64,000 nt of DNA from Histomonas meleagridis 2922-C6/04-290x (GCA_020184695.1 JAANOX010000003.1:1-64000), one strand, 5' to 3'; positions 1 through 13,002 are shown, counted from the stretch's first letter. Translations and numbers: made by a program. Notes: a model not told the origin generated them from the letters alone.

Positions 1-2966
1 CTTCCTCTCAAAAGTGAAATACCTTGATGTAGATTTTTGAATAACATTGAAAAATTCCATAAAATATTTGGAAAATATTGCTCTCATTGATTTCTATGTT
101 ATACATTTTTTAACATATAAATTTCTGGAAATTTATAAAATGTCACTAAATAGATTTTTACTCTAAAACGAAGATCGCCACCATATTGCTTTGTTGATAA
201 ATCGGGTACACATTCATAATTTTGATTTGTAAACCAAAAATATCTATAACAATTAATAGCTTATTGTTAAATATTAAAATATTCGAGATATGATAGATAA
301 TCATTTTCTACCTTAAAATTAAATAGTTCTTGAAAAATATCTTTATCACATAAAATTATATGATACATTAAAGGTTTTCGATCATTTTGTTATATTCAGT
401 TAATATTGAGATTTCATTTCATTTTAAAATCAATTCTCAAAATTTTTGTTTAAAAACAACATAAAGAATATTAAATAAAGACATGGAATTAACTATAAGC
501 ATCCATTAATGAACATGAGTAGGTATATATACAAACACCAAATGAATTTGAATTAACATGAAGTAAACATGGAGAATCATGAGTGAATAAGCTACAAGAT
601 ATAATGAATCAAATGAAATAACAATATTATTTGAATTCATTTAAAGTAATTTTCGATTCAATACTGTATAAAGTTTATTCAAACTAAGTGTCCTTACTTT
701 ATTGTGAATAAAAAGAATAATTAGAATCCCTTACTATTATTCGAATGAAATACAACACGAAAAATCGCATGGTTTTAACATATATGAACATAATACAATA
801 TGAAATAAAAATATTTTGGAGAAATTGACATCGCTGATTTTGGAATTATAATTTCATGTAATAATATTCTATAAAATAAGTTATTCTATTGTAATAAAGA
901 GAATTAGGTATTTCAACATTTATTATATGGCTGTGTTCATAAAAACAAGATTTTTTAATAACATTTGTATATAAAATTATAATTTTATTAGTGTATTTTA
1001 TTCCTTTAATCATTTATAATAATGTTAACATGTTAATAAATATCTATAAAGCTCCATTTACGATTCCATAATCGCAAAAGACTAGTTTTTACAAACAATT
1101 TTGGTAATACTAAAATTTTCCTAGAGAAATAATATATTATTCCAAGATTATTCAAATATAAATATCATATAATAAGTATTATGCAAAACTCCTAACTATT
1201 CTCTTATAATATATATCATCAAACACATAAACACAAATAACACTCATACCACATACAAGGAGAAAAAACATAATTAAAATGAATAAGCATAAATAAACTT
1301 AATTTAACAAGATAAAAAAAGAATGAAATATATTAAATTTTTGATAAGCATGAAATAGCATCATCAAAAATAGAATAAAAATGAATAAAGTTGAGATAAC
1401 ATAAAGAACTGGGGGGAGTTAACATAGGGCTAACATTGAAAAACACTTAATATACATGTCCATTAAAAAATATAATATAGCATGAATTAAATTAATAAAT
1501 ATGAGTATATATGATTTTTAAATATGTATATAATATTAATTTGTTTATTATAATAAATTATGACTTCTCTACCTTAATTTAGTCTCTCTCTTATGATTTA
1601 AATAATGAAATTTTTTCAAATATTCTAAGTTATCTTGATCTATCAATGAACAAAATGTATAAATTTAATATAATTATATGAATTATTATGATACCTAACT
1701 TAAAAAAAAATTTTTTATATTATGCATAAGAAATAGTAGTAACTTGAAATGTAATAAAAGTAATTGTACTTAATGAATTTGATATAAAATATATAAGAGA
1801 GCGTAGATTTCATTCATTATTATAGAGAGGAAACTATAAAATATTTAAAAATGATCGGGAAAATTATATTTATGCTACAATTATATAAATTGTAAATTAC
1901 AATTATTTTTTGGATCAAGGTTCGTGAAATCACCTATAAAAATCTTTAATAATGTTATATTTCAATGGATATATATATATATAAGTGATTTATAATTACA
2001 AAGAAGACTTTTAAGATCTAAAATGAAAATGTTTTCATGTTGAACTATTTCAAGATTAATATACAGTTTATTAATGATTATTAATTATAACTATGATTAA
2101 AAAATGAACTAATTGTGATCATATCAAAAAATGATCGATAAATTCATATTTCCCATAAAAATCAATTAGCATAATGACAATAACTTTATACACTTATTTT
2201 TCTTGGTAACTTTGAAAATATTATAAGATATACATTCATGTACATATGAGACTTTGAATAAGTTGAATCCCCCGTGTTTTTGTTAATATTTGAACAAAGA
2301 TTATTATCGAATTAAAATTATATCAATTTTTGTCATTAAAAATTATATATTTCATTGAATTTATATTTCAAAAAATATTCTAACATTTTTTAAAAATAGA
2401 ATGAATTATTTCACTATTTTTTTCATACAAAAATGAAAAATTTACGAGATAATAATATTATCGCTCATATCTGAATGTGTGTAATGGTTAATTCTTCAAA
2501 AAAAATGTTCACTTTTTGAATAAATGTTTGGAATTAACTGCTTTTTACGCAGAATTTTCTGTATAAATATTGAATTATCATTCAATAATTGAATGAACAT
2601 CATTTTACCGAAAATTATTATATTTTTTTTTCAAGATTGCAATATATTTGGTTGTACAAAATTCGAGTGATGAAATATGTATACATTACTAAACATGAGA
2701 TATGTGATTGAAATCCGAAATTAGAAAAATTTATAAATTTAATTATCCCTAAAAAATCCAATTTTTAATGTATATAATAATATTTTATCGAAGTTTTTAA
2801 CATATGTCGAGTTTATTAATGAGCTATATTAATGAATTTATTTGATTTTTAAAAATTGATATGATTTTTTTGACATCAAATTAATGTAAAAAATTAATAG
2901 GACTAAAGTGTATATAATACATTAAGGTTTACCACAATATAGGATTGATTAATTACGATTTTTTCC

Positions 2967-3270
2967 AAAAATTAAATTTTCGAAATTTCGAAATTTGTAA
3001 CAAAAAATTTAACTAAATCAATATTTAAATAATATAATAAAATATGTCATCAAATAAAGATAATATATACACATCATTCGAAAATTAAAGATTCAAAATA
3101 TCGAAATTTGTAACAAAAAATTCAAACAAAACCAAATATAAACAATAAAACAAGATATGTTATTAAAGGAATGTATTATATAGATATTTTTCAAAAATTA
3201 AATTTTCGAAATTTCGAAATTTGTGACATAAATTTTCACGAATCGATATTTAAATAACATAATAAAAATA
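2967..3270. repeat. Three degenerate tandem copies of a ~112-114-nt AT-rich unit (core aaaattaaattttcgaaatttcgaaatttgtaac)
   Basis: Core seen at ~2967, ~3081 and ~3193, just downstream of the Merlin-like transposase; possibly subterminal repeats of that element. Confidence 0.6.
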
Positions 3271-3344
3271 TTATTTATATTTCTTTTCCCTCAATTTTCT
3301 AAAAATAAAAAGTTATCATAGTAATCGAAGATATTAATTTATAC

Positions 3345-4310
3345 TTATTCCAATTCTTCTTCTTCTCCATCGCAATCAATTACTTTTTTAAACTTTTTAT
3401 CTTCAATTAATTGAACGGCGGCCCTAAACATTTGATCCATATTGTGAATAACATTCCATCACCACATGAAATCTGATATATGTTCATTGACTTTATTTTC
3501 TGGGATTCCTTCATATCTTTTTATTAATTTTAGTTCCCTCCAAAGTCTTTCTATCATTTGAGTGTGCGCTTTAGTTTCAGGATCAACAAAATTACATGAA
3601 TGATTAACAGTTTCATGCTCGTAATCATTGTCATCATCAAGAAAAGTCATACGCTTTCCAGCAATCAGAAATTATTTTTTTGTTTCAGGTAATATATGAT
3701 TACGAATCTCTTCTTCTAATGTTTCTCTTGTTCGATCAGGTACAACAAGACAAAAGAATTGTCTATCTTCCACACAAATTCCCCCAAAGATTCACACTTG
3801 ATTTAAACATCGTCCAACATTATATTTTCTTCGGCACATTAAAGTTTCATCAATTTGAACAGTTTTATCAGGACCGCCAACAACAAGACCTTCTAAAGAT
3901 AAAACATATGCATCACATGCATTTCTAAATAAAGTAAAATAATAAGTCACTGTGTTTCTGCTCACTCCTACTTCTCTTGCAGTATCTTTACATGAATATT
4001 TATATACCCAACAATATAATAAATAAAAAATCTTAGAAAGTGGTATTTTTGCCGAGTAAAAAATACTTCCATATAAAATACTTTTTGATTTGTGGCATCT
4101 TGGGCATATCCATTTGTATCCAAATCCTTTTGAAGAATCTCTGTAGATCTGCATATCGAAATTACATTTTTCACACATCATTTGATTATAAATAACTCCA
4201 TTCTGTAATGCAAATTGAATAGCTGCGTCTTCATTCGTAAAAAGCCAAAAATAAGAGAGAGTATTATCGATAAACGGGAAAGATAATTGTTGAGGCTGAT
4301 TGTAATCCAT
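3345..4310 (-). pseudogene. Merlin/IS1595(ISXO2)-family DDE transposase pseudogene
   Basis: N-terminal zinc ribbon (CEKC...WICPRC), VQIDET and RRKYNVGR, then in-frame TGA (3792-3794) where W is expected in QV[W]IFGGI. Frame continues through VVPDRTRETL and ISDCWKAY, then a 1-nt frameshift near 3642, TVNHS..FVDP..HTQMIERLW, a second in-frame TGA in FMW[R], and a final TAA at 3345-3347. Confidence 0.88.
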
Positions 4311-7300
4311 AATAACAAATAAATATTAAACGCATAATGCATAAAATATTGAATTATTATTAATATGAATAATAAATAAAAGCGTATACATAAAAAGAAA
4401 ATTAATTTATTGATTTAAGTCGATAATAATCAAATATTATAATCAGCAAAATCAATTAATTCATATAATATTTCATAAATAGCTCAATAAATCAAATATA
4501 ATATATTCTATTTAAATCCAATTAAATTTTATAAAAATAATTTGTTTAAATATATTTGTAATCGAATAAATTATGATTATTGATATCTAGACATCTAGCT
4601 TATATTAATAATATAATTTCATAATATAGAATGAATGGATTTTTAATATATATCAAAATATATGAGGGTCAATTTTAATTGACTCCCCTCTCTCTACATC
4701 AAATGAATAAATAATATTTTTGAATAATATTATTTTTATTATATAAGATGTGTGTATTAATAAACTAGAATTAAAGTTTTTAAACTTTTATTTGATAATG
4801 AAAAAAATTTGTTTGAAATTTTGGTGATGACCAAAATTTCATTGAGAAAGTTTGAAAAAATCATGGTTGAATTTATGTCAATTTTATAATTAAATATCTT
4901 ATCCTCATTTATTTAGAATATAAAATCATGTATGTAGTATTAAATAATCTAGTTAGAGAAAATTATATATGCATAAGAAATTTAAAAAAATGATTTGTAA
5001 AAATGCAGTGAATTTATCATACTTATTCCATTATATTAATGAAATGGACGACAGTAACTTAATTGAGTCATTTACATAGATCTTCCCAAAATATTCATAT
5101 GTAAGTACAAAAAACATATTATTTAAATATTAGGCAATACATAAAATATATTTAAAAGTTTTCAAGTATGCTTTGTACTATATGGAATATGTTCGAAAGC
5201 TGATCGTATATAAATTAACTGTTGTTAGAAGAAATGAAATGATACAACATTCAAATGAATTTTGAGAAATATTGATGAAAGTTAGAAAGAAGTTTTTTAT
5301 TTATATTATAACAAATAAAAGTCTAATGTTATATTTAAAGTATGAAAGTTATAAAATTATGTTGTCAGCTAATAAAGTTCTCATCCGTAACTCAATGTTA
5401 ATTTTATATAACAATTTATGTTTGCAACTCTACTTGATGAAAATACCCTTTTATTTCACATTATAACTGCAGTTATTTCACTTGTTTGAGTAAATAGTCA
5501 TAAATTATTAGAAAATATAATCATTTAAGAGAATTTCTTATACAAAAATCGATACATTAACTTTAAGGTGTTTTATATAAATTCAATTATATTATGATAA
5601 AATAAGATATTTATATATTCATAAAATCGAAATATATATTATTGATATATGAATAGGGGGTAAATATAAATTGATCTAAATACCCTAATTTCTGGTTAGT
5701 AAGAAAAAAAGTTTTTAAATATTATCTGATTATGTAGAATATGTATATTAACATTTAATGCATCAGCATATTATAGTTTTATTTATATATAATTTATTTT
5801 TCTTGCCCAAAAAATTGGGTTATTATTCGGCAAAGCTTACAATAAAAACAAGCCTCATAATATATTGTAAATTACATAGTCAATATGTTTACGAATGTAA
5901 ATATTCATATTCTTATGTTATTTATGGTGTTCAAATGTGTTTTCATATGTTATTTGATATTCTTATGAAATATATATGTTTTCCTGTTCATTTGCTTTTT
6001 TCTATTATAAACTTATAATAATGTATAATGTATATTATAATTAATATATGTGTGGTACTAGTGTGCATTGTGTGTGTATCGGTATGAACCATCATATTTT
6101 TTAACTCCTGTTTTCTTATTATTTTGTTAATAAAAAATTAAATTTCTGGCGATATATTATCAAAGAAATATTGTTCATTATAAATATGTGCCTTAATGAA
6201 TATATTATGATATAAAAAGGATTTTTTATCAAATAGCATTATCAGCGTAAATTGTTATATAGAATTGACATCGAACGATGAATAGGTTATTTATTAGTTA
6301 ATAAATGTAATAATCATCACTTTCATATCTTAAATAGAACAGATGGTTCCCATTCATTATTATATAAATAAAAACCTTCTTATGAATCTTTATATGTATT
6401 TCTCAAAATTCATTTGAATGATGTACCATTTCATTATACCTAACTACCGTTATTTTATATGGGGTTTACTTTCGAACATATTTTTATTTACTACACAGCA
6501 TACATAAAAATATATCCAAAAATTATTTAATGTGTCGTCTTATATTACCCTAATATATTTTTGGGATTAGATAATCAATATTTAGAAAAGATCTTTGTAA
6601 CTAGCTAAATCCAGGTACTATAGTGCATTTTTATGAGTTTATTTGTATAGGCATGATAAATCCACTTTTTTTAATTTTTTACAAATCATCTTTGAAATTC
6701 TTATACATACATTATTTTTTTTAATTAGATTCTTCGATATTTCATATATGATTTTATTTTTTTTATATATGATGAAGAGATATTTAATTACGAAGTTTTG
6801 GACGAATCAGACCATTATTTTTTTGGACTTTTTTAAAGTGATTTAGGGAACTACGAAAATTTCTAACGAACTTTTATCATCATCAGAAAGGAGTTAAAGA
6901 ACTTTGTTCATATTATCTTAGTGCACACATATTATATTTAAATATGATATTATTAAATTTTTATTGAATAGAAGTCGAGATAAAAGGAGCATTCTTTTTT
7001 TACCCCCATCCCCCTCCCCATATATTTTTATTTCAAATAATGATTAATGAAATTTTTGGGTAATTTTTACTTTATTTGCAATGAATTGATCAAGAAATAT
7101 GTTTATTTATTGCTCATTTATTATGCATGAATTGGTCATATCGTTGACCATCGGCGCACCGACGATAATAAACCATACAAAAGTGATATATGTCACTTTT
7201 AAAAATGAAAAAAAAATTTATCTTGACTTATCATGAATATTATTTCATATTTATATTAATTAATATTCTCAATTATGTGCATATATTATGTATTTTTAAT

Positions 7301-7651
7301 GACTAGTTCTTATATCTTCCCAGTATACCTATGACCGAATTTTGGAAACGAATTTAATATATATTATTATAAATATTGAGTTCAATAAATATATTATATC
7401 TGAGAATGTTGCGTGTCAGTGCATATTTGTCATATTAAAATTGAAAATATCGAATAATTTAAAATTATTTAAAAAATACGATGGCAATTTATAAATTCTC
7501 AGAAATTTGAATGTCAAAAAATGTGGAACATAGAAATCGAATTTGATAAGGAATATTTTCTCACAAAAACATTTTGGAAGGGAATTTTTCAATGCTATTC
7601 AAAAAATCACGCATAATTGAAAGGCATTTCCACTTTTTGAGAGGAAGGTAT

Positions 7652-8933
7652 TCAAATTTTCCCATTAGGTTGGAGAGTACCGTAATTATTATACATATCG
7701 CATAGTTCACCAATCTCTAATTCTCCGTCAGGAACTGAATTAAGAAATGAATCGAAACTTAATTCAATACTCTGACCTTTTGTTTTTACTTCTTGTTTCT
7801 CTTCTGTATTAATTCCTAATTTCTCCATTAACGTTTGAATATAATCGGAAAATCTACTTTCTAATACTTCCGGTAAATCTCTAATTAAAATTTGATTTAT
7901 ATCTCTTACGATTGACTGAGCATATACTTTTATTGCAGTTGAATTTTCAAATGTTATTGAACTTTTAGCTATTGAACCGATGGAGTTTTTCATGAAATTA
8001 TAAATTGTCATAAGATGATCGCAAATGAATTTTTCAAATGATTTCTTTAAATACTGTTCAATTGTTAGATACTCTTCCGTTTCATTAAATTGTATTTTTG
8101 CGATCAGAAATTGTAATCTATTAATCAAAGTTTGATTGTGTTCGGTAAACGCTTTAATTACTTTTTGTGATGACTTAGTATCAAATACGTTTCTTATAGT
8201 TTTTTCATATTTATTTCGACTTATTTCATCAAAAGCATTTTTATACATATCGTAATACTCGTCCAACAATTCCGTATAATTCTTATTGACACATTCATGT
8301 ACAAATTCATTAAGATTTCTTATAACATCTTTATTTGAATGAGGAATCGACAAAAACTCAATCAATCTTTTTCTTTCTTCTTCTTGCTCTCTCTGTAAAC
8401 ATTTTTCTTTCCATTCAACCAATGTAAATTTTTGTTCATGAACTAAGCGGTCGTAAACGACAATTTGTTCTTGAAGTTCTTGTTCCATTTCTTTGTAAAT
8501 GTGATTTTCGCGATAATATTTATTTATTAATCTATCTTCAATTATTTCTGGAAGGTTCTTCTGCATGTTCTTCAAATTTTCAATATCTTCTAAATCATCT
8601 TTATCCAATTCATATTTTCCGATAATAGCTTCGTACTGTTTTAATTTCTTTTCGATTTTTATGGTCTAAAGTATCGTACTGTTCATCAAAATTTTCATTA
8701 ACGTAAGTATCAATTGCTTCTTTATCAAAGAGTTTTAATTTCTCTTCACTGTGTTTAATGACGCTTTCGAAATGCTCTATGTTCCATAAAAGAGAATTAT
8801 AATAATTTGATTGTGGTTTAAAAACTTCAATCGGACAATCATTCACCGAGCATTTCATTAAACTTTTGCCGTAATTGTAAACGTAATTTTCAAGAGTTGT
8901 TGTTGCAGTAAGTGAAACTAACTTATCACTCAT
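7652..8933 (-). pseudogene. Frameshifted orphan ORF (~425 aa if joined), possibly of mobile-element or viral origin
   Basis: ORFs 8610..8933 and 7652..8608 overlap in different frames; the second frame is open upstream to ~8660 (TIKIEKKLKQYEAIIGKYELDK), which implies one indel. No family recognised. Confidence 0.55.
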
Positions 8934-9221
8934 TTATATACAAATAAAAAAATTAAATTTAAAATAAAACTAACTTTATTTTTTCTGAGCAAACAAGCGT
9001 TTCCTGAACTACAACATTAATAAACAGCATAAAATGCAACATTCAACATAGAAATAAGCCTTTTCCGTTAGCTTATAGTCATTAACTCCCGTAAACTTGC
9101 AAAATTCACGTCAAATCATCAAGTTAGAATTCAACCTCAAAAATATATAGACTTTTACGAAAAGGCTTTCTCGAATTTTTTTTGTTAGGTTAGTTAGTTA
9201 GTTAGTTTGTCATTAAGCTCC

Positions 9222-9284
9222 AAACACTAAAATCTACATAGGATTAACAACAAAACACTAAAATCCACATAGGATTAACAACAA
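9222..9284 (+). repeat. 31-nt tandem duplication (aaacactaaaatc[t/c]acataggattaacaaca x2), preceded by a (GTTA)n microsatellite
   Basis: Copies start at 9222 and 9253; (gtta)n at ~9189-9206. Confidence 0.8.
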
Positions 9285-9420
9285 CTCAGCCGGATTCATG
9301 CCTCACACATTTAAAAAATAAATGTTATCATGAATTTAAATATATTTAATTACTTTCAATCAAAACCAACCGATTTATGATAATTCAATCGATTTTAGCC
9401 GTTCATCCTTTAGTTTATGT

Positions 9421-9480
9421 AGCGCGAGTGGGAGCGAGTGCGTAGCACGAAGCTCACATAGCGCTGTGTGTGTGTGTGTG
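9421..9480. other. GC-rich nested inverted-repeat element followed by (GT)n
   Basis: agcgc...gagc-ga-gtgc-GTA-gcac-gaa-gctc...gcgct, then tgtgtgtgtgtgtgtg. Confidence 0.5.
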
Positions 9481-10022
9481 AATAACCATTAATAATATTT
9501 ACAAACAAACGATTTATATTAACATTATACTTTTTTTGATCTATTTTTACAAATTCTTTTTTACAAATCCATTACATTGTTAATTTTGCTAAACATTTGA
9601 TTTAAATAATATATATTGGAAATAAATAATATATAAAACACAAAAAATTTGTTTATAAACCAATTTTATAGGAAGATATATTTTTTTTTAATTTTAAGTG
9701 TCAAATCTCTATATAAGAGTTTTTGTTATATAAAGATTTAATAATATCCTTTGCTATTATTCTTAATCTCTGTCAAATACTTATATCGAATTATGAGAAT
9801 AAGATTAAGAGAAAATTTGTTTGATCTAATTTCAGACGACCGTTTAGAGAATAGGACACATTATATATAAAATAATAATAACTTTTTTCGATTGGGTTGT
9901 GTAAAAGTGGCTTTCGTTCACATATGTGCAATAAGGCCTTCAAAAACTAATATTTAGACAATGTCTTGTAATATTTAATTTAGTTTTGAAGTAATGACCA
10001 TTGTTATTTTATTTTCATACTA

Positions 10023-11126
10023 ATGAGAATGATTTCTTTCATGTTTTATATTTTTACAATTCAAGCATTTGAAATATTTGATAATAAAACAAAAACACTT
10101 ACATTAAAAACACAAGGAGATTTTGAAAGTGCAAAAAAATATGAAAAAGAAACTTTATTTTTAATTATAGAAAGTGGAATTACTACAATACCAAATGATG
10201 CATTTAAAGCTTGGCGTAATCTAGCATCTGTTAAAATTGGTAACTCAGTAACTGTGATTGGCAAGCAAGCATTTTGTTATTGTACAAGTTTATCAAATGT
10301 TACTTTTGGTGAAAATGTTACCACAATTTCAGAGAATGGATTTGATAGTTGTACTAAATTATCCAAAGTTATTTTTAATGAAAATTTAATTGAAATCAGT
10401 CGGAACTCATTTTATCAATGTTCAGCACTAAAAAGTATTAATTTATCAAATTCTGTAACTACTATTGGCCCGTTTGCATTTTCTTATTGTGATAGGCTTT
10501 CACGCATTATTTTGGGAGAAAATTTAACTATAATTAAAAATTATGCATTTTTTCTCTGCAATGATTTATCAGAGGTTGTTTTTAATGAAAAATTGACCGA
10601 AATTTGGGAACATTCATTTGCTTATTGTATTTCGCTTGAAAGAATTAAATTACCAAATTCACTTTCTTCAATTAAAAACCTTTGTTTCTATCAATGTGGA
10701 TCTCTAAATTGTGTTTATTATTATGGTCACTCAGAACCTAAAGTTAGTGATAATGCATTTGATAATTGTCCTGTCAAATGTGTGATGACATTGGATTCAT
10801 ATAATTCAACAAAATTTGGTAAATTTAATGTATCAAAAGGAACAACAATCGAAAATTGTAATCCATGGCCAACACATACATTTACACAATCAAACTCTTT
10901 TACACAATCGAATACATTTACACAATCAAATTCATTTACACAATCGAATGTGTTTACAACAGCAAATACATCTTCTGTAACATATACAAATTCTAATATA
11001 TATTCTAATTCAATCACGAATTCAAATATTACATCAAATTCATTTCCATTAAGATCTACTTCAAAAACTGTTACACTTGCTTTTGGTGCAAGTATTATTT
11101 CTTTATTATTCTTAATTTTATTTTAA
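10023..11126 (+). CDS. BspA-like leucine-rich-repeat (TpLRR/LRR_5) surface protein, 367 aa
   Basis: Hydrophobic N-terminus, repeated xIxxxAFxxCxxLxxVxxxxxVTxI units, FTQSN repeat stalk and hydrophobic C-terminus. Confidence 0.9.
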   Translation: MRMISFMFYIFTIQAFEIFDNKTKTLTLKTQGDFESAKKYEKETLFLIIESGITTIPNDAFKAWRNLASVKIGNSVTVIGKQAFCYCTSLSNVTFGENVTTISENGFDSCTKLSKVIFNENLIEISRNSFYQCSALKSINLSNSVTTIGPFAFSYCDRLSRIILGENLTIIKNYAFFLCNDLSEVVFNEKLTEIWEHSFAYCISLERIKLPNSLSSIKNLCFYQCGSLNCVYYYGHSEPKVSDNAFDNCPVKCVMTLDSYNSTKFGKFNVSKGTTIENCNPWPTHTFTQSNSFTQSNTFTQSNSFTQSNVFTTANTSSVTYTNSNIYSNSITNSNITSNSFPLRSTSKTVTLAFGASIISLLFLILF

Positions 11127-11675
11127 TAATCATTCATAATATTTTTAGATATACTAAAACATAAATAATATTTTTTAGATCTAAAACATAAATAAAGGGA
11201 AGTATTACTTAAATCTTTTTAAAAATTATTAATATAAGTTTTGTGTGGGTTAAGAAGAAAAAAAATCAATGATATAAATTTTATATACCCTGTTTCGGTT
11301 GAATATCACTGTTATAATTTGCCAATGGTGAGTTCGACAGACGTATTTTTTGCTAATGAGGATCGAGCTATTTATCAATTATGGAAATTAGTATTGCAAC
11401 AAAATTATTTATTTTTTCTTTGCTAATATTGTTTTTGTTTTAAATATCATTTTTGTTTTTAAATTCTTATAACAATAACAGCAGTCAATATCATTTCTAT
11501 AACATAAATGGAATTACATAAATCTTTTTTAAAATTTATGAAATTATCTTTTTATTGAGAAAATTTAATTATCTCTTTATACAATCAGGAATATTTTATT
11601 GTTCCAGAATTAAATAATGTTCATATCTTTAAATTTTTTTTAAATTCAATTTTTTTTAATATCAATATGCACTGT

Positions 11676-12091
11676 TGCACTTCTGATATTATTAATTCTA
11701 ATAATGATAATATTGTTGACCAAGTTCTTAAGCTCACCAATGGTAATAGATTGTAAAGGTTATCATTGCTGGTAGTAATTGTGATCAATTTGCTGAAGCT
11801 GCTAAAATGGTTAAAATTGGATGAGTAATTGGAACTGTTAATTACCTTGGCAAAGGGAACAATGTTAAGATTCCACGTCTTGAGTGGGGCGTTGGAATGA
11901 GCTATAAGCACATTCATGGTGCTTTAACTTTTGTGAATAGCTTTAGAAATGGAGAAATTACTTCAACAAAATTTATAACTCATCGCTTTCATGAAATTGA
12001 AAAGGTTGAAGATGCTTTGATGCTTATAAAGGATAAACCAGCTGAATTAATTAAGCTAGTCGTTGAAATTACATACGATGACTATAAATAA
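11676..12091 (+). pseudogene. C-terminal remnant of a bacterial-type NADP-dependent secondary alcohol dehydrogenase (MDR family)
   Basis: Manual translation: SDIINSNNDNIVDQVLKLTNG / frameshift / VIIAGSNCDQFAEAAKMVKIG*VIGTVNYLGKGNNVKIPRLEWGVGMSYKHIHG...ITHRFHEIEKVEDALMLIKDKPAELIKLVV. This follows the C-terminal half of the Thermoanaerobacter/Entamoeba/Trichomonas ADH1 type. Confidence 0.82.
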
Positions 12092-12755
12092 AAAAAGCTA
12101 ATTTCAATTGTATTTATTTTTTCATCAAATATTTGGAAATTTGTGGAACATATATCAATATTTTGCATAACAACAAAAAAATTTTATTTTACTATTTTTA
12201 TTAGTAAAATTACACTTTGTTTAATTACTACAAAAAATTCGACACATCATTTAAATACAGATCAATGAAAAATATTGTATATAATTGCTAAAATTGCTTA
12301 TGAAACAATAAATTTAAAACAAAATTGTTTATATGCTTAATTGAAGAAAAAAAGCACATTGATTTAATATTTTACTTTACAAAAAAGGTTTTATCACAAA
12401 AGAAAATTTCATAAAATTATATATATAATATTTAATAAAAATGATTTCATCATCAAAATCTTTAACCCCTTTTGTTTGAATGTTTTTCCACATATTTTTA
12501 CCAAGAATTTAACAAATTTTTTATCTCTGAATTTCAGTGCTTCTTTATAAGCATATATAGGTACATAGCTTTCATACCATACGTAAATATGTTCACCTTT
12601 TTCCAGAAGGTACTTTGTCATTGTTAAATCTGTATGTAATATTGGAAATGGGCTCTGATGCAAAACGCCCTCCATTTTGCGGTTTTTGAACGATAGGAAA
12701 TTTGAGGAAAAATAGAAATGCCACATTAGGGCACCCCATCCATCATCCTGACGGC

Positions 12756-12814
12756 CGGTTTCGATCGTTATCCATTGAAAAACGAAGTTTTTCAATGGAT
12801 AACGATCGAAACCG
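12756..12814. repeat. Perfect 28-bp inverted repeat with a GAA loop inside the Merlin element
   Basis: cggtttcgatcgttatccattgaaaaac-GAA-gtttttcaatggataacgatcgaaaccg. Confidence 0.95.
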
Positions 12815-13002
12815 CTCGCACCTTCGGTGCTCGCATTTGATACATATTAATATATATATTTTGACAGACAAAATATTTGACATAACGATAATATTTAAGT
12901 TATTAAATAAAATATATAAGATTTATTATAACGGTTATCGATAAAAATTTATTCATATTTTTTGTTTGTAAAGTAGTCAAAAAGTCGATCATTTTTTTAT
13001 TG

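Noticed and set aside
3459-3794. Alternative genetic code (TGA read as Trp)
   Set aside because: The two TGAs correspond to different expected residues (Trp and Arg), the element also has a frameshift, and housekeeping genes use TGG for Trp and TGA as stop (for example the IBD gene at 24525).
4311-5700. Terminal inverted repeats for the first Merlin transposase
   Set aside because: No matching GG...CC inverted pair with a TSD could be found on both sides by eye.
5272-6846. Short ORFs 5272..5466, 5758..6018 and 6643..6846
   Set aside because: Low-complexity I/L/F/Y/K composition expected from random AT-rich DNA.
12409-12795. ORF 12409..12795 as an intact gene
   Set aside because: It is a chimera: its first ~48 codons are Merlin TIR/hairpin sequence read antisense, and the rest is the 3' part of the interrupted host gene.
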